A DNA stretch of 63,511 nucleotides, filler included, from Octopus bimaculoides (taxonomy: Eukaryota): the NCBI RefSeq assembly GCF_001194135.2. It is 10 parts of 10 records of this genome, joined end to end, with 100 filler letters (N's around TTAATTAATTAA, not from the genome) between each part and the next. Parts side by side here need not be neighbours in the genome. Positions count along the whole stretch, not along the records: positions 44,368 to 53,958 come from NC_068985.1; positions 54,059 to 61,714 come from NC_069010.1; 8 more parts are not named here. One strand, given 5' to 3'. The notes under the pieces were generated by a model. The model did not search any database, was not told the origin of the DNA, and saw nothing but the letters and a program-made list of their open reading frames with translations. Below are positions 48,421 to 60,512 of this stretch, piece by piece. Position numbers and translations under genes: made by a program. Each line of letters begins with the position of its first letter. The first letter of the stretch is position 1.

Positions 48421-49321
48421 AGTTATAGTCAGGTATACTAACTCCAGTACTTGATTGGTACTTTACTTTGTTGATCCCGGAAGGATGAAAGTGTAGCGGA
48501 GATTCGAACTCTGACTACTTGATCTTGATACGGCTCTACAAGTGAGCTCATACAGTTTCACGTGATTGATCTATAAATCGATCACTCAGCGTGAAGATGT
48601 GGCGGATGTTTTATAAGTTAACCCTTTGTCACCTTATAAAAACCGTTTGGCGTTTAGCTCATCGCAGAATGTTGAGAGTAACCGACTGATTCAAAGACCT
48701 CGCTTTTTGTCAGGCAAACCTCCAACGTTCGTGCAGGTAGCATCGGATTTTTGCGCGGATGATTCGTTACTCGGACACCGATTCTGAACATTCACACGAC
48801 GTCCCATAAGTAACTTCTACGGACACGGTGCGGTTTTCTTTCATACCAGTCGGCAATTATATTATTAATATTTTTCATTGTAGATAGTTAACACAATATA
48901 CCAGTCGGCAAGTGTATTGACATTTTTCATTGTAAATAGCCAACACCAAATATCATGCCCAGCAATAAACATTAAAATTAAATAATCATGAGTTTGCTTC
49001 AGTCATTATTCACGTAGCCACCAACGATATTCCACATGTACACTACAACATGGTAATAAAGCCATCCATGGCGACTTATACATTTAAAATATATCATCAT
49101 TAACCTCCACGACACGAGCAACCAAGCACCTCTCACGACATAAAGGGAGAGTTATCTTCGACAGGATTTGGGCTTGGAACAAAAAGCAATGGAAAAATAT
49201 TACATTCCGACGCTCTAATGATTCCGCCAATCCACTACCTTCGTTCACCTGCATTCTTCTCCCCTCTCCCATACTGCACTTGCTTCCACACAGGTCTCTT
49301 CTCCCAGCCTTATTTTACTGA

Positions 49322-49532
49322 TATTGGTTTCAAATTTTGGCACAAGGTCAGCAATTTTAGGGAAGGGGTAAGTCGATTACATCGACCCCAGTGCTCAACT
49401 GGTACTTATTTTATCGATCTCAAAAGGACGAAAGGCAAAATCGACCTCGGTGGAATTTGAACTCAGAGCATAAAAACGGAAGAAATATCGCTAAGTAATT
49501 TGCCTAGTATGCTAATGCCACCTCGCCGCCTT
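49322..49532 (-). mobile_element. SINE family A
   Basis: Same core as above. Confidence 0.85.
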
Positions 49533-50633
49533 TTACTACGCTAATATTTTAAAAAAAAAACAACTTTTGTTACATTTATTCAAATTTCAAAAAATCGCCT
49601 GTTATTTTGCAAAGGAGCCGGAGTTACCTCCCTTAGAATGTATATTTTGGTATAATGACTACACTATAAATACAAAAATTACAATACTGATTTTGTATAT
49701 GTTCTTCTCTGTTTATTACTTTCTGCAATATTTAATATTTTTCGAAGAAGAAACGCGGCCCTAAACGATTCATCCACTGGATTCAGATATTATAAAGTTT
49801 ATTGCCAACTCACTACATATATATATACACACGTGAGATGTATGTATGCATATATGTACGTGAGAATGTATGCATCTGTGTACGTAAACTGCAAAATATC
49901 CATGACTATACAATAAATGTATACATAAAATGTGCATATATCTTACCGCCAAGAACAGTTTCAAATGTTAACTGTGTCCCATTGAACATATATCTCTGGA
50001 GAATTGTTTTATATTTAAATATTTGTAAAAATGACAGAGAATTATCGAGTTGGTAAAATGTTTCGGGTTGGTAAAATATTTGAAATTACTGAAATAGAAG
50101 GCGAAGTGTAAAATATAGGTTTGTTAAGGGAAATAACTCTGTGAAGACTGATAGGTGACATAAATATATTATGTCAACGTGTTTTATGCTGTTTTCTTAA
50201 ATAATATAATTGTTAGTCTCTCTTATACTTCGATATATTATACTGAAGATTTTTTGTTTGAAAGCGATTATATTATGGTTGTTTCCAACGTTATGACGTT
50301 TAACTGTAAACTACAGAGAAATTAACAACTAGAGTTACGTACCTTTGTTACAGATACGCGTCTAAGAACCAAAGAAGGAGCCTTCTCACAGTCGGTCCAA
50401 TTGCTAGAAACAGAAGAGAAATTTCCCGCAATTCACACCTTATTAACTGTAATAAAGGAAAGACACATTGGACTATGTGGTCTAAAAGTATACCAAAAGC
50501 CAAGATGGTCACAATTAGTACGCTTTTAATCACAGGACAACTTTATCAGGGCCGATACAGGGCCCACGAAAATGAGGTGTCTCAGCCCGTTGCCTCTCGT
50601 ATACTTAAGTACACATAATCTATCACTCGCTGC

Positions 50634-51101
50634 TCTTTTTGTGTGTGATCTACAAGGGAGATTACTTTAGGTTACTTTTTAGTTTATTTTTCAGTTTCTA
50701 AAAACCCGTAAGATGTTGGTTAAAGATTTTTACAATGTGATCAGCGACGAGACGAAGGCAGTTGCATTTTTACAAGAAACCAGAAGGCAGCTGTATTTTT
50801 ACAAGAAACCAGCACAAAATTCACATCATTTCTTAAGAAAAAGAAACGTACCACTCTGCCGTGTCTACAATTTAAAGGGAGATTGCTTTAGGTTACTTTT
50901 TAGTTTACTTTGTGTTAGTGCTATTTTCCGTGTGATCTCGTGAACGAATTTACTTTGGTGGATAATCTACGGGCTTATTTTGATTATTATATGGTTTTAT
51001 TATTATTAAATAGTAAGAATTTTGGAAAAATGCATTTACAATGTTAAGTGTGTACAAAATATTTAAAAAGTAATCTCTCTTGTAGATCACACGTCAAAAG
51101 A
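50634..51101. mobile_element. Non-autonomous DNA element with about 35-bp inverted ends
   Basis: tctttttgtgtgtgatctacaagggagattacttt (50634) is the inverted match of aaagtaatctctcttgtagatcacacgtcaaaaga (ending 51101). Internal direct duplication of gggagatt(a/g)ctttaggttactttttagttta. Confidence 0.6.
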
Positions 51102-51102
51102 A

Positions 51103-51173
<71 letters not shown>

Positions 51174-51942
51174 TTGTCTGTTTGCCTGTACACACACACG
51201 TACATACGTATATAAGCATACAGAAATAGGTTAATGCGATCCAAAGACCCCGGTGAAGAAAGCAAGCTTCAAGCAAGTATACAGCTGGTATAGATGACAA
51301 AATGTGGACTATATGAGATGAAAGATTGTAAGTTACACACTTCGTCCAATATTCAAATCAAAGAAGATTTCGATAAGTTGACAATCACCATACATCTTAC
51401 GGCTTAGCAACTAAAGTTGTTAAAAATGCGAATAAAAATCCGAGAATGTTCAGAATGAAAGATGGAAATAAAGTTTATAAATGTTTCATAGCTAAAACAA
51501 TGTTTGGAATCTAACGAAAGCGGGTGGAGATCAATGCGTAGAATTTACTTGAGTGGATGGGGTATTAAGGAAAGAAGAGACTGTTATGGTAGTAGTTTGA
51601 TTGCAGAGAGATGAGGCATCGTGTTTGTAGATTAGGAGTTTCAGTATGTTGGTAAGGGGTGGCCATATTTTGGATACATCCTAAGATGTTTATAATTGCT
51701 GCAGCAGTAGCACTTTTCCAGACGCGGAACAGTATTTCTGGCTTTTACCCAGGTATAGCTACTGTACAACTTAATCCGATATTCATTTCATCAGTCTTTA
51801 CTTACCGAACGACTAAGTATACTTACCTGTTAAGTTACGATCCTCAGACTTATATGACATCTCTTTCACAGACATAACTTTAAGCACCACAAGGTACTTA
51901 CACCGCTATACAAACACGCGCACGCGCACACAGTGTGTGTGT

Positions 51943-52022
<80 letters not shown>

Positions 52023-52258
52023 CTACCTATATAGGATGGAGGTCAACTCAATAATGAGTATGACTCTTGCGATGCCTAGATGACCTTTTAGTCCAGATGA
52101 TGATTTGCAGTTTTTACCACAACTATTACATAAATTAATTGCTGCTAAGGATACAGTATTTCGTTATGTAACCATAACATACTACAAGTACATGCGTTAG
52201 CGGTGCGATTCAATCTATTTTAAAATTTACCAGTGATAACTTTGAATATATTCCTTAA

Positions 52259-52286
52259 AAATAGCCACTAAATTTAGTGGCTATTT
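52259..52286. repeat. Perfect 28-bp palindrome
   Basis: AAATAGCCACTAAATTTAGTGGCTATTT equals its own reverse complement. Confidence 0.95.
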
Positions 52287-53628
52287 AAGTAATATACGGA
52301 GGTTAATGGATTTGATGTGGTGCTAAAGAAAGTAGGAAGAACTCCTGAATTATGCATATACATCCATTACTTTTATATAATATGTATATTATTTTCTATC
52401 CATATGCACCCATTATTTTTCTATCTTCGATCGCATTGTTTATACAGATGTATTCATATACGAAACGTCGAAAATTTCATTGCTGGCTCTAATTTCTACA
52501 GAAAATCTGTAGAGATAATTTTAAAAAGTGTTACATAAATGTCTCTTCTCAGCTAAATGCTAGCAGAATGATGACAATTGCTACTGTATATAGACATGTG
52601 TCTCTTCAGGTTACCAATAGAAAGACAACATTTATTACAAAATTGACATATAATCTTTTCATGTGGCAGTGATTTATTATTAGCTTGCTCTGATTCATGT
52701 ATCCTTGAATAAATAAGAAGACCAGCCTTAGATAGTCAAATATGGTTACAGGTTGAATATTAGAAGGGATTGTTAATATTTATGGGGTTTCTTTTCTTTG
52801 TCTTGTTTTAGTTTGGTATGTTTAATGTTATTCTCTCCGAAACACATGGACACATTCAGTATATAGTTTTCCCATAATTCCCTCGCAATTAAAATTTTTT
52901 CAACTTTCCACACAAATATTACTTTCTTTTCGTAGGAAGAGTAGATTTAGAGTATTTCAGATTTTAGGGTAGTTTTTGTATCTTTCGGCCTGTGAGGGGA
53001 ACTTTTCTGAAAATGTAGTTTCTCATAGAATTTTTTTCACCTTCACGAACTACTTGGACTACCTACAAATACTCGGTTTCATGGAGAAAGAGCAAAAGAA
53101 ACTGACACAGATTCTCCAAATCCAATCTATTAGCGGCACTGTGAAGATTTGTAAGACATTGCAAAAATTCTCCGTCTGAGACTCTTATGTGAATAGATGC
53201 ACACACTCGGGTGTATGCATCAACCAACACACCAACTCAATCACATATTTACAATCACCTGGAACTCTCTTGTCACTTCGTTAGCGACTGGCTTGAACTC
53301 TCTCAAGAACTTAAATAAAACTCACGCAGATATATGTATATGCATTCACAACAATACTAATTAATGACATATAGTTTATCATAAATGGCAGTACAACTAC
53401 CAATGTAGTACCCCCCCCCCACCAAAAAAAAGGACAACTTGCTTATTGACGGAATTTGAGCCATCTACCGACCTCATTGCTAGTGACTGTGTCACCTATT
53501 AAGTTCCTCTGTATAAAAATTACACACTATGACTTATCTCCCACATAATTCGTTAGCCACCTAAGACCCACTGCTACAGTTTAATATAGCTAAATATCAT
53601 CATTTGATTCCATATTTATGATCCTTTC

Positions 53629-53695
<67 letters not shown>

Positions 53696-54335
53696 TTATA
53701 CATAAATATATACGTACATACATATATATATACATATACATACATATATACACACATACATATATACACACATACACACATATGTATACACACATAAATA
53801 TATATAACTCTCCATGAATTTTATATTTTAAAAATTTCTGAATGCTTCTGTCTTATGAAGTTCCCTATATTGTCGTTAAAAGCATGAAGCAGGAGTAAAA
53901 ACAGTCCGACAACTGATGAGGAGTTATCTTCTTTTGGCATTTTGTCCTGTACTTTTCTNNNNNNNNNNNNNNNNNNNNNNNNNNNNNNNNNNNNNNNNNN
54001 NNTTAATTAATTAANNNNNNNNNNNNNNNNNNNNNNNNNNNNNNNNNNNNNNNNNNNNCAACGTTTCGAAGATAAGGCAGGACGTACTCTAGAATAGTCT
54101 CTTCCTGAGTAGTGGATCAACCAACTAAACAGAGGATTCCAAGGTGGCAAACGTAAACCAAGACAGGAAAAATTGGACAGTGATATATATATATATATAT
54201 ATAAAGAAAGAAAAGTGAAAAAAACACAATGGAAAATGGTATGATTGAACTATTGACATTATGATTGTGAAAGATGCTTGTTAACTATTCAGCCAATCCC
54301 GTAATATGACTATTAAAGTTTTTTTTTTTCCACAG

Positions 54336-54418
54336 GTCTTCCATGACCAAACATTTCACTCAGTGGCCTCTCTCTCAACAGATGTACCTGTCCTAACATG
54401 TAGTGGCATCGCAAAGAG
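54336..54418 (+). CDS. TAT: Tyrosine aminotransferase internal exon (83 nt)
   Basis: cacag|GTC ... AAG AG|gtatg. VFHDQTFHSVASLSTDVPVLTCSGIAKR aligns with vertebrate TAT LSTDVPILSCGGLAKR (PLP-binding Lys). Confidence 0.95.
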
Positions 54419-54481
54419 GTATGTTTCAACAATTTGAATTCACTGAATAAGAAGGATGAAAATAAAATCTATTTTCATTTT

Positions 54482-54635
54482 TTTTTTTTACTTATTTATT
54501 TCACTCATTGGACTGCGACCATGCTGGGACACTGCCTTGAAAGGTTTAGTTGAACAAATTGACCCCAGGACATTTTTTTTTTTTGTTTAAGTTTGGGTCA
54601 TACTCTATTGTTCTCTTTTTTTGCCAAATTACTAA
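54482..54635 (-). mobile_element. SINE family B 3' fragment in a TAT intron
   Basis: cattggactgcgaccatgctgggacactgccttgaaaggtttagttgaacaaattgacccc. Confidence 0.75.
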
Positions 54636-54712
54636 GTTTATTATTATTATTATTGATATCACACTGTCATTAATAATTGCTATTCTCTATTCTATTCTTC
54701 TATTTCTGCTAG

Positions 54713-54782
54713 GTTCTTGGTCCCAGGATGGCGAATGGGATGGATTGTCATCAACGACCGTGGAGGTGTCTTTGAAAAAGAA
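54713..54782 (+). CDS. TAT: Tyrosine aminotransferase internal exon (70 nt)
   Basis: ctag|G TTC ... GAA|gtaatg. (R)FLVPGWRMGWIVINDRGGVFEKE matches RWLVPGWRLGWILIHDR. Phase continues from the previous exon. Confidence 0.96.
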
Positions 54783-55311
54783 GTAATGTTGCTTTTCATG
54801 TCATTGTTGTTGTTATCATACTTAGAGTTATTATGAGAGCTGAATATAGTGACGATTTTGTTGTTGCCATTGTTAACTTTTACATGCACACACACACATT
54901 GTCCCATATATATCAGCTGCATTAATTGTGGTCTCCTTCAAATACTCACATGTCAAAATCGACAGGATTGACCATCATAGTAGATATAGAAACACGGCTA
55001 ATATAGCTATATCCCTGTAGATTGACAAAATGATGGATATCTTTGATTTTTAAAAAAAAACTTTATTGGGTTCTTATCAGAAGGGTCCACATCATTTTGA
55101 GCGATCCCCGAGAAGCAAGCAACCAATCTGTTTATATATTCGACAAATCCAATATCTTGCAACTTGATGTGAAGAGCCTTCACAGTTAGCTTTGTCTATT
55201 TTGTGCCGGTTTCCGTCCTGTTCCCATCATGATTTCCTCTTTCTCCTAGTTTTACTTTCAAACCATTGGGGCCTAGATCTTCCACTTCTGGTACCTTTAA
55301 CTGCTTGATAT

Positions 55312-55515
55312 ATTGGTTTCAAATTTTGGCACAAGGCCAGGAATTTTGGGGGAAAGGTGCTAGTTGATTACATCGACCCCCCAGTGTTCAGTTGGTACTT
55401 AATTTATCAACCCCCACAAGGATGAAAGGCAAAATCAACCTTGGTGGAATTTGAACCCAGAACATGCAGACTGATGAAATACCACTGAGCATGCTAACAA
55501 TTCTACCAACTCATC
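55312..55515 (-). mobile_element. SINE family A in a TAT intron
   Basis: Same core as other family A copies. Confidence 0.82.
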
Positions 55516-55744
55516 ATCACTTATTCTTCAATATTTCTTCATGGCATTTTCATCATATCTCAAACCACTTAATTTCTCACAAAACAGTGCCACTTTATCA
55601 GTAAGATCCTTTTTTAATGTTTTTTTTTTTTCAAAGACTATAATGCAATAAGTTATAATTGGATTGCTATCCCACTTATTGTAACACTAATGAGTTCTGA
55701 TAATTAACGTATTACGTTGTTGTTGCTATTGTTGTCGTTTCTAG

Positions 55745-55873
55745 ATACGAGGTGGTCTCCTGAATCTCAGTCAGAAAATCCTTGGACCATGTACCTTGGT
55801 GCAGGGTGCCTTGCCAAATATCCTGAAGAACACAGAAAAGAGTTTCTTTGACTCAATTATTACCATTGTTGAA
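55745..55873 (+). CDS. TAT: Tyrosine aminotransferase internal exon (129 nt)
   Basis: tttctag|ATA ... GAA|gtaggt. IRGGLLNLSQKILGPCTLVQGALPNILKNT matches [27 protein letters not shown]. Confidence 0.96.
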
Positions 55874-55879
55874 GTAGGT

Positions 55880-56260
55880 GATTGATTTATTGACTTACCA
55901 ATTTGAATTATTGTTCAATTGATTGATTGATTCATTCATTGAAAGAATGATTAACTAAGTAATTAATGATTGGGTGAATAATTGAGTGGTGACTCACTGA
56001 GTTATGATTGAAGGTTGATAGAGTGATTGCTTGGTTGAGTTATTGATTGATTGATTGAATGATTGATTAGTTGACTTATTTTTGATTTATTGGTTCAATA
56101 GTTGATTGACTGATTCATTGAGGGTTTGATTGAATATATAATTAGTTCAGTGATTAATTGAATGGTTGAGTTGTTGATTTATTGGCTTATATATTTGACT
56201 GACTAATTAATTGACATAGATTTATTGGTTAATTGATTGATTGTGCCTTAAGTGATTAGT
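55880..56260. repeat. Degenerate (GATT)n low-complexity tract
   Basis: Repeated tgattgattg/ttgact units. Confidence 0.8.
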
Positions 56261-56717
56261 TTATTGCAATACTTTTGCAGTTTTTGAGAGTATAATTAGG
56301 GGTTTGTGTTGAAGCATATTGCATTAAATTTTAGTTGGTATTTATTTATAAAATTTACCCTCTATAGAATAAGGCAGTTGTTCAGGAATCTTTTCCAATT
56401 TTCTTTCAAATAACAGCTGAAATTACTCCCCAAAATTGTGAGGATTGTTTATAGATCTTCAATTTGGATCAGCAGGTTAGCATAACCAGGTTAGCATGTG
56501 TTGGCACAACTTTAGTTGCCATGGTTTTTACCTGATGGGTGGTTTCATGGTTTTTCCATGGGTAGATTCATTGAACATGGAGCAAGTGCTTCCTACAATA
56601 ATACTAAGGCTATATACAATAAATTTTTCTATCCATAAGTATTTAAGTCTAGCCAGTATATATGTGTGTGTGTATGTTATATACATTTTTGTACTGTCTT
56701 TTAATTTTTTTGCATAG

Positions 56718-56801
56718 GAAAATGCCAAATTCTGTTATGAAAGTTTCCTGAGAATTCCAGGACTGAAACCAGTAATGCCACAGGGAGCATTGTATATGAT
56801 G
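56718..56801 (+). CDS. TAT: Tyrosine aminotransferase internal exon (84 nt)
   Basis: gcatag|GAA ... ATG|gtgagt. ENAKFCYESFLRIPGLKPVMPQGALYMM matches [28 protein letters not shown]. Confidence 0.96.
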
Positions 56802-57264
56802 GTGAGTAGCAAGTTGTAAGAATCTATATTTAAAAAAGTGATTCTGTCCTCCACCCTTCAATTATGAAACTCAAGCCATGTCTAACTTAGAAAAAGACAT
56901 AGCTATATGGTTAAAATATTTGGGATTTGATCCAAAGTTTAGCAACACTTTAGGAATGGCTTCTCAGATTAATCATCACTTTCCAAGTTGAACCTGATAG
57001 AGGAAAGCTTCTCCTATATTATGTGTAATGATAATGGACTTTCCTGTCAAAGACGACGTATGAGCTCACTGCTTGCATGAAATCAATGTTACCTCTACAG
57101 GTGCACAAGTGTACTACGTTAGATGTTGAAATGGTCACAGAGCACATGAAATGAGATGTTTTGCTCAAGAGCACAATTCACCACTCAGTCTAGAAATCAA
57201 ATCCATGACCTAGCAATCGTGAGTGCAGCATCCAAACCACTATGCCACATGCCTTCACGTGTGT

Positions 57265-57296
<32 letters not shown>

Positions 57297-57404
57297 CGTC
57301 GTCGTCGTTTAACGTCTGCTTTCCATGCTAGCATGGGTTGGACGATTTGACTGAGGACTGGTGAAACCAGATGGCTACACCAGGCTCCAAATTCTTTCTA
57401 CTAA

Positions 57405-57598
57405 AGGCACAATTCCTGAAATTTTGGGGGAGGGGACTAGTTGATTACATCGACCCCAGTGTTTCACTGGTACTTAATTTATCGACCCCCCGAAAAGACG
57501 AAAGGCAAAGTCGAACTCAGCAGAACATAAAGACAAGATGAAATGCTGCTAAGCATTTTGCTTGTTTGCTAATGATTCTGCTAGCTTGCTGGCCACCT
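57405..57598 (-). mobile_element. SINE family A in a TAT intron
   Basis: Same core as other family A copies. Confidence 0.8.
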
Positions 57599-57607
57599 TA
57601 CTCTAAT

Positions 57608-57668
57608 GGTAATGATTAAGAGCGCTGGCTACTAACCCTCAGATTCCAAGTTCGATTCCAGGCAGTGA

Positions 57669-57730
<62 letters not shown>

Positions 57731-57735
57731 TTAAT
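57608..57735 (+). mobile_element. Short tRNA-like SINE head with (AAT)n tail
   Basis: ttaagagcgctggctactaaccctcagattccaagTTCGATTCCaggcagtgacctg directly followed by about 60 bp of (AAT)n. Confidence 0.6.
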
Positions 57736-59149
57736 AAGCTAATCTACCCACTACAAATTCCTCTGCAAATTAAGATATATAAATCTCGCTTTATGAGACG
57801 CTCTCATATGTTACTTTTCTCTGCAAAATAGGGATAGTTTATCTTGTTCAGGCTATATTATTAGCATTATTCTGCGATTGAGAATTTAAAAAATCATTTA
57901 ACTTTCTAAAGACATCTCAACGCTTCTAAAAGCAAACTTCGTTTGTTTATTTATGTTTGTCGTANNNNNNNNNNNNNNNNNNNNNNNNNNNNNNNNNNNN
58001 NNNNNNNNNNNNNNNNNNNNNNNNNNNNNNNNNNNNNNNNNNNNNNNNNNNNNNNNNNNNNNNNNNNNNNNNNNNNNNNNNNNNNNNNNNNNNNNNNNNN
58101 NNNNNNNNNNNNNNNNNNNNNNNNNNNNNNNNNNNNNNNNNNNNNNNNNNNNNNNNNNNNNNNNNNNNNNNNNNNNNNNNNNNNNNNNNNNNNNNNNNNN
58201 NNNNNNNNNNNNNNNNNNNNNNNNNNNNNNNNNNNNNNNNNNNNNNNNNNNNNNNNNNNNNNNNNNNNNNNNNNNNNNNNNNNNNNNNNNNNNNNNNNNN
58301 NNNNNNNNNNNNNNNNNNNNNNNNNNNNNNNNNNNNNNNNNNNNNNNNNNNNNNNNNNNNNNNNNNNNNNNNNNNNNNNNNNNNNNNNNNNNNNNNNNNN
58401 NNNNNNNNNNNNNNNNNNNNNNNNNNNNNNNNNNNNNNNNNNNNNNNNNNNNNNNNNNNNNNNNNNNNNNNNNNNNNNNNNNNNNNNNNNNNNNNNNNNN
58501 NNNNNNNNNNNNNNNNNNNNNNNNNNNNNNNNNNNNNNNNNNNNNNNNNNNNNNNNNNNNNNNNNNNNNNNNNNNNNNNNNNNNNNNNNNNNNNNNNNNN
58601 NNNNNNNNNNNNNNNNNNNNNNNNNNNNNNNNNNNNNNNNNNNNNNNNNNNNNNNNNNNNNNNNNNNNNNNNNNNNNNNNNNNNNNNNNNNNNNNNNNNN
58701 NNNNNNNNNNNNNNNNNNNNNNNNNNNNNNNNNNNNNNNNNNNNNNNNNNNNNNNNNNNNNNNNNNNNNNNNNNNNNNNNNNNNNNNNNNNNNNNNNNNN
58801 NNNNNNNNNNNNNNNNNNNNNNNNNNNNNNNNNNNNNNNNNNNNNNNNNNNNNNNNNNNNNNNNNNNNNNNNNNNNNNNNNNNNNNNNNNNNNNNNNNNN
58901 NNNNNNNNNNNNNNNNNNNNNNNNNNNNNNNNNCCCTAAAACCATTTCTCTTCAAACTCACCTCCCATCATTATTTACCCCCCTCACTCCCCACCCCTCT
59001 CTGTCTCTGTCTCATTTTCTTTCCCTTTCTCTCTAAACCCACCTCTCTTTGTCATTTCTCTCTCTCTCTCTCTCTCTCTCCCTCTCCAAACAATCCTTTC
59101 ACTTTAATCTCTGCTTTCTCGTCTTTCTAAAATCCATCTCTTTCCTTCA

Positions 59150-59645
59150 AAATTTTATTCTCATTCTCTTCCTCTCTGATTATGTATCCATCTATTTCAA
59201 CATCTCTCTCCTTCTCTCTCTTTCTCTGCCTGTCTGTCTCTCTTTCTCTGTCTGTCTGTCTCTCTTTCTCTGTCTGTCTGTCTCTCTTTCTCTGTCTATC
59301 TGTCTCTCTTTCTCTGTCTGTCTGTCTCTCTCTCTCTGATTATGTATCGATCCAGTTCCAACATCTCCCTCCTTTTCTCTTTCACTCACTTGCTCTCTCT
59401 CTCTCTCTCTCTCTCTTTCTCACTGATTATTTATCCACCTATTTCAACAACACTCCCTTTCTCTCTCCCTCTCACTCACTCACACTCCCTTTCTCTCTTA
59501 CTCTATCTCTCTTTCTCTCTCTCCTTAATTATCCATCTATTTCAACATCTCTCTCTAACTCCCTTTCACTCTCTCTGATTTTGTATCTATCTCTCTCATT
59601 CTTTCTCATTCTCCCTTTCTCACTCTCTCTCCCTGATTATCCATC
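59150..59645. repeat. CT-rich tract with an interspersed about 35-bp minisatellite motif
   Basis: ctgattatgtatccatctatttcaacatctctc variants at about 59176, 59336, 59422, 59525, 59576 and 59633. Confidence 0.8.
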
Positions 59646-59760
59646 TTTACTATTTTGTAGCATGGAACCCCCAAAACCTTATATGGAGCTTTAGGGGCCA
59701 TATAGTCCCCAGTTGAGAACCCCTGTTCTAATCTGCTATCTCATACTCTTTCCTTCACAG

Positions 59761-59907
59761 TGTTTCCAGATGCCCAACTACTTCAGGCTCGTCCTCACTC
59801 TGCCACATGATAAGGTCCAGGTGGCACTCGGCCGCCTCTCTGAATATTGTGCCAAGTATTATTCACCTTTGACTTACAATTCTGCCTCCAGTGATGCGGA
59901 AAAGTAA
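59761..59907 (+). CDS. TAT: Tyrosine aminotransferase terminal coding exon
   Basis: tttccttcacag|TGT. CFQMPNYFRLVLTLPHDKVQVALGRLSEYCAKYY ... EK* matches [34 protein letters not shown]. Stop TAA at 59905-59907. Confidence 0.95.
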   Translation, partial: CFQMPNYFRLVLTLPHDKVQVALGRLSEYCAKYYSPLTYNSASSDAEK

Positions 59908-59920
59908 CGTACGTTCACTA

Positions 59921-60130
59921 TCTTATCTTTCGTCTTTTACTTGTTTCAGTCTTTAGTCTGCTGCCATGCTGGAGCAGCACCTTGAAGGGTTTACTTGAAC
60001 TAATTGACACCTGTATTATTCTTTTTCTAAAGCCTTGTACTTGTTCAATCAGTTTCTTTCTGTCAAACCACTAAGTTACAGGGACAGGAACAAACCAACA
60101 CCAGTTCTCAAATGGTAATGGGGGACAAAC
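59921..60130 (-). mobile_element. SINE family B 3' half directly after the TAT stop codon
   Basis: cttttacttgtttcagtc ... gccatgctggagcagcaccttgaagggttt ... aaaccactaagttacaggg. Confidence 0.8.
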
Positions 60131-60140
60131 ACACACAGAG

Positions 60141-60201
<61 letters not shown>

Positions 60202-60227
60202 CATATACATACATACATACATATATC

Positions 60228-60476
60228 ATCATTATCATCATTTAACATGCGTGTTCCATGCTAGCATGAGTGGGACGGTACCACAAGAGTCAGCCAGGCC
60301 AAAGCCTGCACCAGACTTCTGTGTCTGCTTTGGCAGAATTTTTACAGCTGGATGCCCTTCCTAACACCAACCACTCAACTGAGTGGAATTAGTGCTTTTT
60401 ACATGGCACAAGCACAGGCAAGGTCAGTTTTGGCAAGGTTTTTACAGCTGGATGTCCTTCCAAATACCAACCACTT

Positions 60477-60480
<4 letters not shown>
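60228..60480 (-). mobile_element. Probable LINE/SINE 3' end with (GAT)n tail (related copy at about 57295-57395)
   Basis: catcattatcatcatttaac ... ttccatgctagcatg ... and a twice-repeated tttttacagctggatg(c/t)ccttcc motif. Confidence 0.5.

Positions 60481-60512
<32 letters not shown>

Noticed and set aside
53913-54080. Hammerhead motif around the 53959-54058 gap
   Set aside because: CTGATGA-GGAG-ttat-CTTC lacks the following GAAA, and the cttcGAAACGT half lies on the opposite strand across the gap. No complete core is visible.
59713-59760. N-terminal part of the supplied 64-aa ORF as TAT coding sequence
   Set aside because: It is intronic (hAT-like end GTTGAGAACCCCTG plus polypyrimidine tract). 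TAT homology starts after the acceptor at 59761.
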